Part shown: positions 60,878-64,000 of the stretch, in pieces
Numbering within the stretch: position 1 is the first letter of the stretch
Layout: each line of letters starts with the position of its first letter
Source of the DNA: a virus
Taxonomy: Duplodnaviria > Caudoviricetes
DNA length: 64,000 bases
Virus record (IMG/VR): IMGVR_UViG_3300033069_001940
Span: 1 to 64,000 of that record
Direction: 5' to 3' (one strand)
The notes under the pieces: generated by a model
The model's database searches: none
Told to the model about the DNA's origin: nothing
Seen by the model: the letters and a program-made list of their open reading frames with translations, nothing else
Translations under genes and position numbers: made by a program

Positions 60878-62173
60878 ATGAATTTAATAAATATATCTAA
60901 AATTTTTTTAAAATTAGCTTATCAATTAAAAGAAGCTAATAAATTTACATCTTTACCTTTAAAATTTATTAAATATTTTAAAGATTTTATTAATCCAGAT
61001 CTTAGTATGGAAGATGTATTGATTTGGTATCAAAAAAATGAAAATGTTTTCAAAAAAATAGCATCTCGCGGAGATAGATTAACTAATCTATCTTGGAATA
61101 TTACTGATGATGAAGACGGTCAACCTCCGCACTTAGAGGCGGGTCTGGCGGAAATTGTAAGTTATTATTATAGATTACAAACTTATCAAGGGGTTCCTGA
61201 TTTTTTAAAAACAAGTAGTTCCTATTTTCTTAGTGGAACACAAAATATTCCTAATTTATATCTTTATAGGGTCAGTTACGTTGATAATGTTCATGAATAT
61301 AATTTAGATATTAGTCATAATTTCTTTTTGGCTCAATATTTATCCAATACTTTTAATCTTAATTTAGATAAAGAAGATGTTCAAGATTTAATAACAATTT
61401 TTCTCAAAGAGAACAGAGATAAAATTAATGATATTAAAAGATTAACAACTATGCATCCCAAGTTTCTCGGAAGAGGCTCCGATGGTACTGCTTTTCAAAT
61501 TTCTGAAGATTTAGTATTAAAACTATCTACTAAAAAATTTAGTCAACAAGAGGCGATTAAATCTATGAATAGGATATTTAGTGGCTCTGACCTAGCTGCC
61601 ACTGAGGCTATGATTTACGATGCCGGAATCTTCGGAGAATTTGAAGGAAATACTATTTATTATTATATCGTTGAAAAAATGAAACCGTTGACTGGAAGGA
61701 ATACAATTTTAACCCAGAAAACGAAATATTATTTCATGACAATTTTTAGAATGATTTTTACTTATGCAGATGAAATGAGAGAAGAATTAAGATATAGAAA
61801 AGAAAATATATCAGATTTAGAAACTCATAAAGAGGTAAAACAAGAGATTAAAAATAAAGCTAGCAGAATATTAAAATTAGTAAAAGATGAATATGAAGAT
61901 TTAAGAGAGGTCAAAGAGATAGAGGCTAACAATACGGGGATGGATATAAGACTTCCTCCATTTGAAGAAGCTTTGAATGAAATATCTCAAGTTTCCGGTT
62001 TACATGGTGATTGGTTTTTAGAATTAATTGAAGAAATATTAACAAAATATGTTACTAATAGAACAGATCTTCATGTTGGAAATTTAGGCGTAACTAGTTA
62101 TGGTAAATTAAGATATTTTGATCCATCTTATGAAGGTTGGGTTTCACGATTTCCAGCAAATGTTTTTTGGTGA
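60878..62173 (+). CDS. Atypical protein kinase-like protein 3
   Basis: FLGRGSDGTAF, VLKL, LAATEAMIYD, YYYIVE, DLHVGNLG, YFDP. Confidence 0.75.
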   Translation: MNLINISKIFLKLAYQLKEANKFTSLPLKFIKYFKDFINPDLSMEDVLIWYQKNENVFKKIASRGDRLTNLSWNITDDEDGQPPHLEAGLAEIVSYYYRLQTYQGVPDFLKTSSSYFLSGTQNIPNLYLYRVSYVDNVHEYNLDISHNFFLAQYLSNTFNLNLDKEDVQDLITIFLKENRDKINDIKRLTTMHPKFLGRGSDGTAFQISEDLVLKLSTKKFSQQEAIKSMNRIFSGSDLAATEAMIYDAGIFGEFEGNTIYYYIVEKMKPLTGRNTILTQKTKYYFMTIFRMIFTYADEMREELRYRKENISDLETHKEVKQEIKNKASRILKLVKDEYEDLREVKEIEANNTGMDIRLPPFEEALNEISQVSGLHGDWFLELIEEILTKYVTNRTDLHVGNLGVTSYGKLRYFDPSYEGWVSRFPANVFW

Positions 62174-62176
62174 AAA

Positions 62177-62584
62177 ATGAATTATATAAATAAAATTGTA
62201 AAATTAGCTGCTGAATTTGAAGAAATGATTCCAGAAACATTACGCACTCCTTATTCTTCTGAGTATTCATTCTCTACGCCTGTAGTCGAGACGGAGCTTA
62301 GCGATGATGTTTTAGAATTAAAAGATAATTTATCTGATTTAGAATCAAAAATAGATCCTTTATTTTATATTTTAAAAAATATTAAAGAAAATATACAGTC
62401 ATCAAAATCTGCTTTAATAACATCTGATAAAGAACAATTATATTTAGATTTAGATACTTATTTATATAGTATTAAAAAATCTTTTTTATCATTTGAATCT
62501 TCTTTAAAAAAGATGCCAGAAATTAAAAATAAAATTATTGAAGTAGCTAATATGCATGTTCAATTGGGGCAACAACAAGATTAA
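62177..62584 (+). CDS. Hypothetical coiled-coil protein
   Basis: 135 aa with heptad-like helices; N-terminal KIVKLAAEFEE resembles the kinase N-termini. Confidence 0.5.
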   Translation: MNYINKIVKLAAEFEEMIPETLRTPYSSEYSFSTPVVETELSDDVLELKDNLSDLESKIDPLFYILKNIKENIQSSKSALITSDKEQLYLDLDTYLYSIKKSFLSFESSLKKMPEIKNKIIEVANMHVQLGQQQD

Positions 62585-62642
62585 TCAATTATATTGGCGA
62601 GTCGATCTAAATATAATTTAAAAAGCTCTTTAAAAGGCTAAC

Positions 62643-64000
62643 TTGAGTTTAATTTTGATTCATGGTAAAAATTGTGAAATAGTTGAAGAAAACGATATTA
62701 ATTTTCTTCGAATGTTAGATGATGAATTATCATTTAAAATAATGGGCGCACAATATTCACGAGCATATATAGCTGGTCGATGGGACGGGATCTATCGTGT
62801 TTTAGAACGAGATTTAACTTTTAGTTATGGATTGCTTTCAAGGGTAATTGATTTATATAAAAAAAATAATAAATCAGTTAGGATTATAGACCAAAGGCCA
62901 GAAAAATCTAAAGTCTCTTCAATAGATATTATTACCCCTTTGACACAAATGGGCAAACCCCCTTATCAACATCAATTAGAGGCTTTAGAAGCGGCTAAAA
63001 ATAATGATTGCGGCATTATTAGATCGGCAACAGGGTCAGGAAAAAGTTTAATTTCCGCTTTAGTTACTGCACATTTTGGAAAGAAGACTATTATTTATGT
63101 TATTGGAACTGATTTATTGTATCAGTTTTATAAATTCTATCAGTCGATTTTTGGTCAAGATGTTGTCGGAATTGTTGGGGATGGATTATGTGAAATAAAA
63201 GATATTAATATTGTGAGTATTTGGACCGCCGGTCAGGCTTTAGGTTTGAAAAAATCACAAATAGTATTAGATTCTAGTGATGAGGAAAAAACCGATCCAT
63301 CAAAATATGATCAAATCAGAGAACTTCTTAGAACAGCTAAAGTTCATCAATTAGATGAATGTCACTTAGCTAGTTGTGATACTATTCAAGAAATTAATAA
63401 GGCTATTAATCCTGAATATATTTATGGAATGTCGGCCTCGCCTTGGCGTGATGATGGTTCTGATTTATTAATAGAATCGATTTTGGGTAAAAATATAATT
63501 GATATTTCTGCATCTTTGTTAATTGATCGCGGCATTTTGGTTAAACCAACTATTTTATTTAAAAAAGTTCCTTCTATGCGGATTAAAAAACAATATCAAA
63601 CAGTTTATAAAAATTATGTAATTAATAATGATGTAAGAAATAATATTATTGTTGATTCTACAATTCAATTAATAGAGCAAGGATACAAGCCATTAATTTT
63701 GTATAATAATATTAATCATGGTAAAAATATTTTTGACAAAATTAAAAATAAAATACCTTGTGTTTTACTGTCCGGAGCAGATGATTTATTAATTAGACAG
63801 CAGGCTAAAGAAGATATTGAGTCCGGTAAAATTAAAGCAATTTTAGCTAGTAAGATATATGACATAGGTGTTGATATTCCATGTCTATCCGGTTTAGTTT
63901 TAGCAGGCAGTGGGAAGTCGAGCGTTAGAGCTTTACAAAGAATAGGTCGAGTAATTAGAAAGTACGAGACGCCTTCATACAAAAAGAAAAGAGCTGCTAT
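62643..64000 (+). CDS. Superfamily 2 helicase, UvsW/XPB-like (3' truncated)
   Basis: Not in the ORF track because it runs off the window. TTG start after the in-frame TAA at 62631, with AAGG upstream. GRWDG N-terminal motif, PY.HQ, ATGSGKS (Walker A), LDECH, SASPWRDDG, GVDIP and QRIGR. Confidence 0.9.
   Translation, partial: MSLILIHGKNCEIVEENDINFLRMLDDELSFKIMGAQYSRAYIAGRWDGIYRVLERDLTFSYGLLSRVIDLYKKNNKSVRIIDQRPEKSKVSSIDIITPLTQMGKPPYQHQLEALEAAKNNDCGIIRSATGSGKSLISALVTAHFGKKTIIYVIGTDLLYQFYKFYQSIFGQDVVGIVGDGLCEIKDINIVSIWTAGQALGLKKSQIVLDSSDEEKTDPSKYDQIRELLRTAKVHQLDECHLASCDTIQEINKAINPEYIYGMSASPWRDDGSDLLIESILGKNIIDISASLLIDRGILVKPTILFKKVPSMRIKKQYQTVYKNYVINNDVRNNIIVDSTIQLIEQGYKPLILYNNINHGKNIFDKIKNKIPCVLLSGADDLLIRQQAKEDIESGKIKAILASKIYDIGVDIPCLSGLVLAGSGKSSVRALQRIGRVIRKYETPSYKKKRAA

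Noticed and set aside
58457-60878. T4-type late promoter TATAAATA at 58457 and 60871
   Set aside because: An all-A/T 8-mer is expected many times by chance at this composition, and it is not seen before the major structural genes.
392-63982. Short minus-strand and alternate-frame ORFs in the track (e.g. 392-679, 10035-10355, 14031-14354, 16855-17196, 34494-34808, 63716-63982)
   Set aside because: All overlap long, motif-bearing plus-strand genes and show no recognisable motifs; they are shadow ORFs.
1-64000. Stop-codon reassignment as seen in some large phages
   Set aside because: Code 11 gives near-complete coding density, and TAA, TAG and TGA all end genes right before the next start.

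Overview
A 64-kb, very AT-rich, almost entirely plus-strand segment that reads as part of a large (jumbo-type) myovirus genome in the standard genetic code. No capsid, terminase, tRNA, rRNA, CRISPR array or IS element is visible. (1) 1-39587: contractile-tail morphogenesis module with beta-helix spike/fibre proteins, a holin-like gene, a tail completion-like protein, sheath, tube, tail assembly chaperones joined by a -1 frameshift, tape measure, tube initiator, hub, central spike, a membrane-helix protein, a gp25-like wedge, baseplate J, a 2223-aa LamG/gpI-like protein and a dockerin-bearing protein. (2) 39590-57111: an 18-gene cluster directly abutting the tail genes, encoding soluble glycosyltransferases (GT4 x2, GT2, GT9-like x2, a GT2-GT6 fusion, GT11, orphan GT-like proteins), methyltransferases and nucleotide-sugar enzymes (Gmd, GalE-like). 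It has no flippase, polymerase or priming transferase, so virion glycosylation is the best reading. (3) 57108-58436: a tubulin/FtsZ-family GTPase coupled to the last GT and followed by a strong terminator. (4) 58502-62584: three T7 Gp0.7-like kinase paralogues, an uncalled 39-aa kinase remnant and a small protein, with a shared N-terminal 'KLA' motif in all but the remnant. (5) 62643-end: a UvsW-like SF2 helicase. Best candidate for an undescribed system: a virion-decoration system combining blood-group-type enzymes (GT11 + GT6) with an Asp-Gly-Tyr motif enriched in the structural proteins. All assignments come from motif recognition by eye; no database searches were run.
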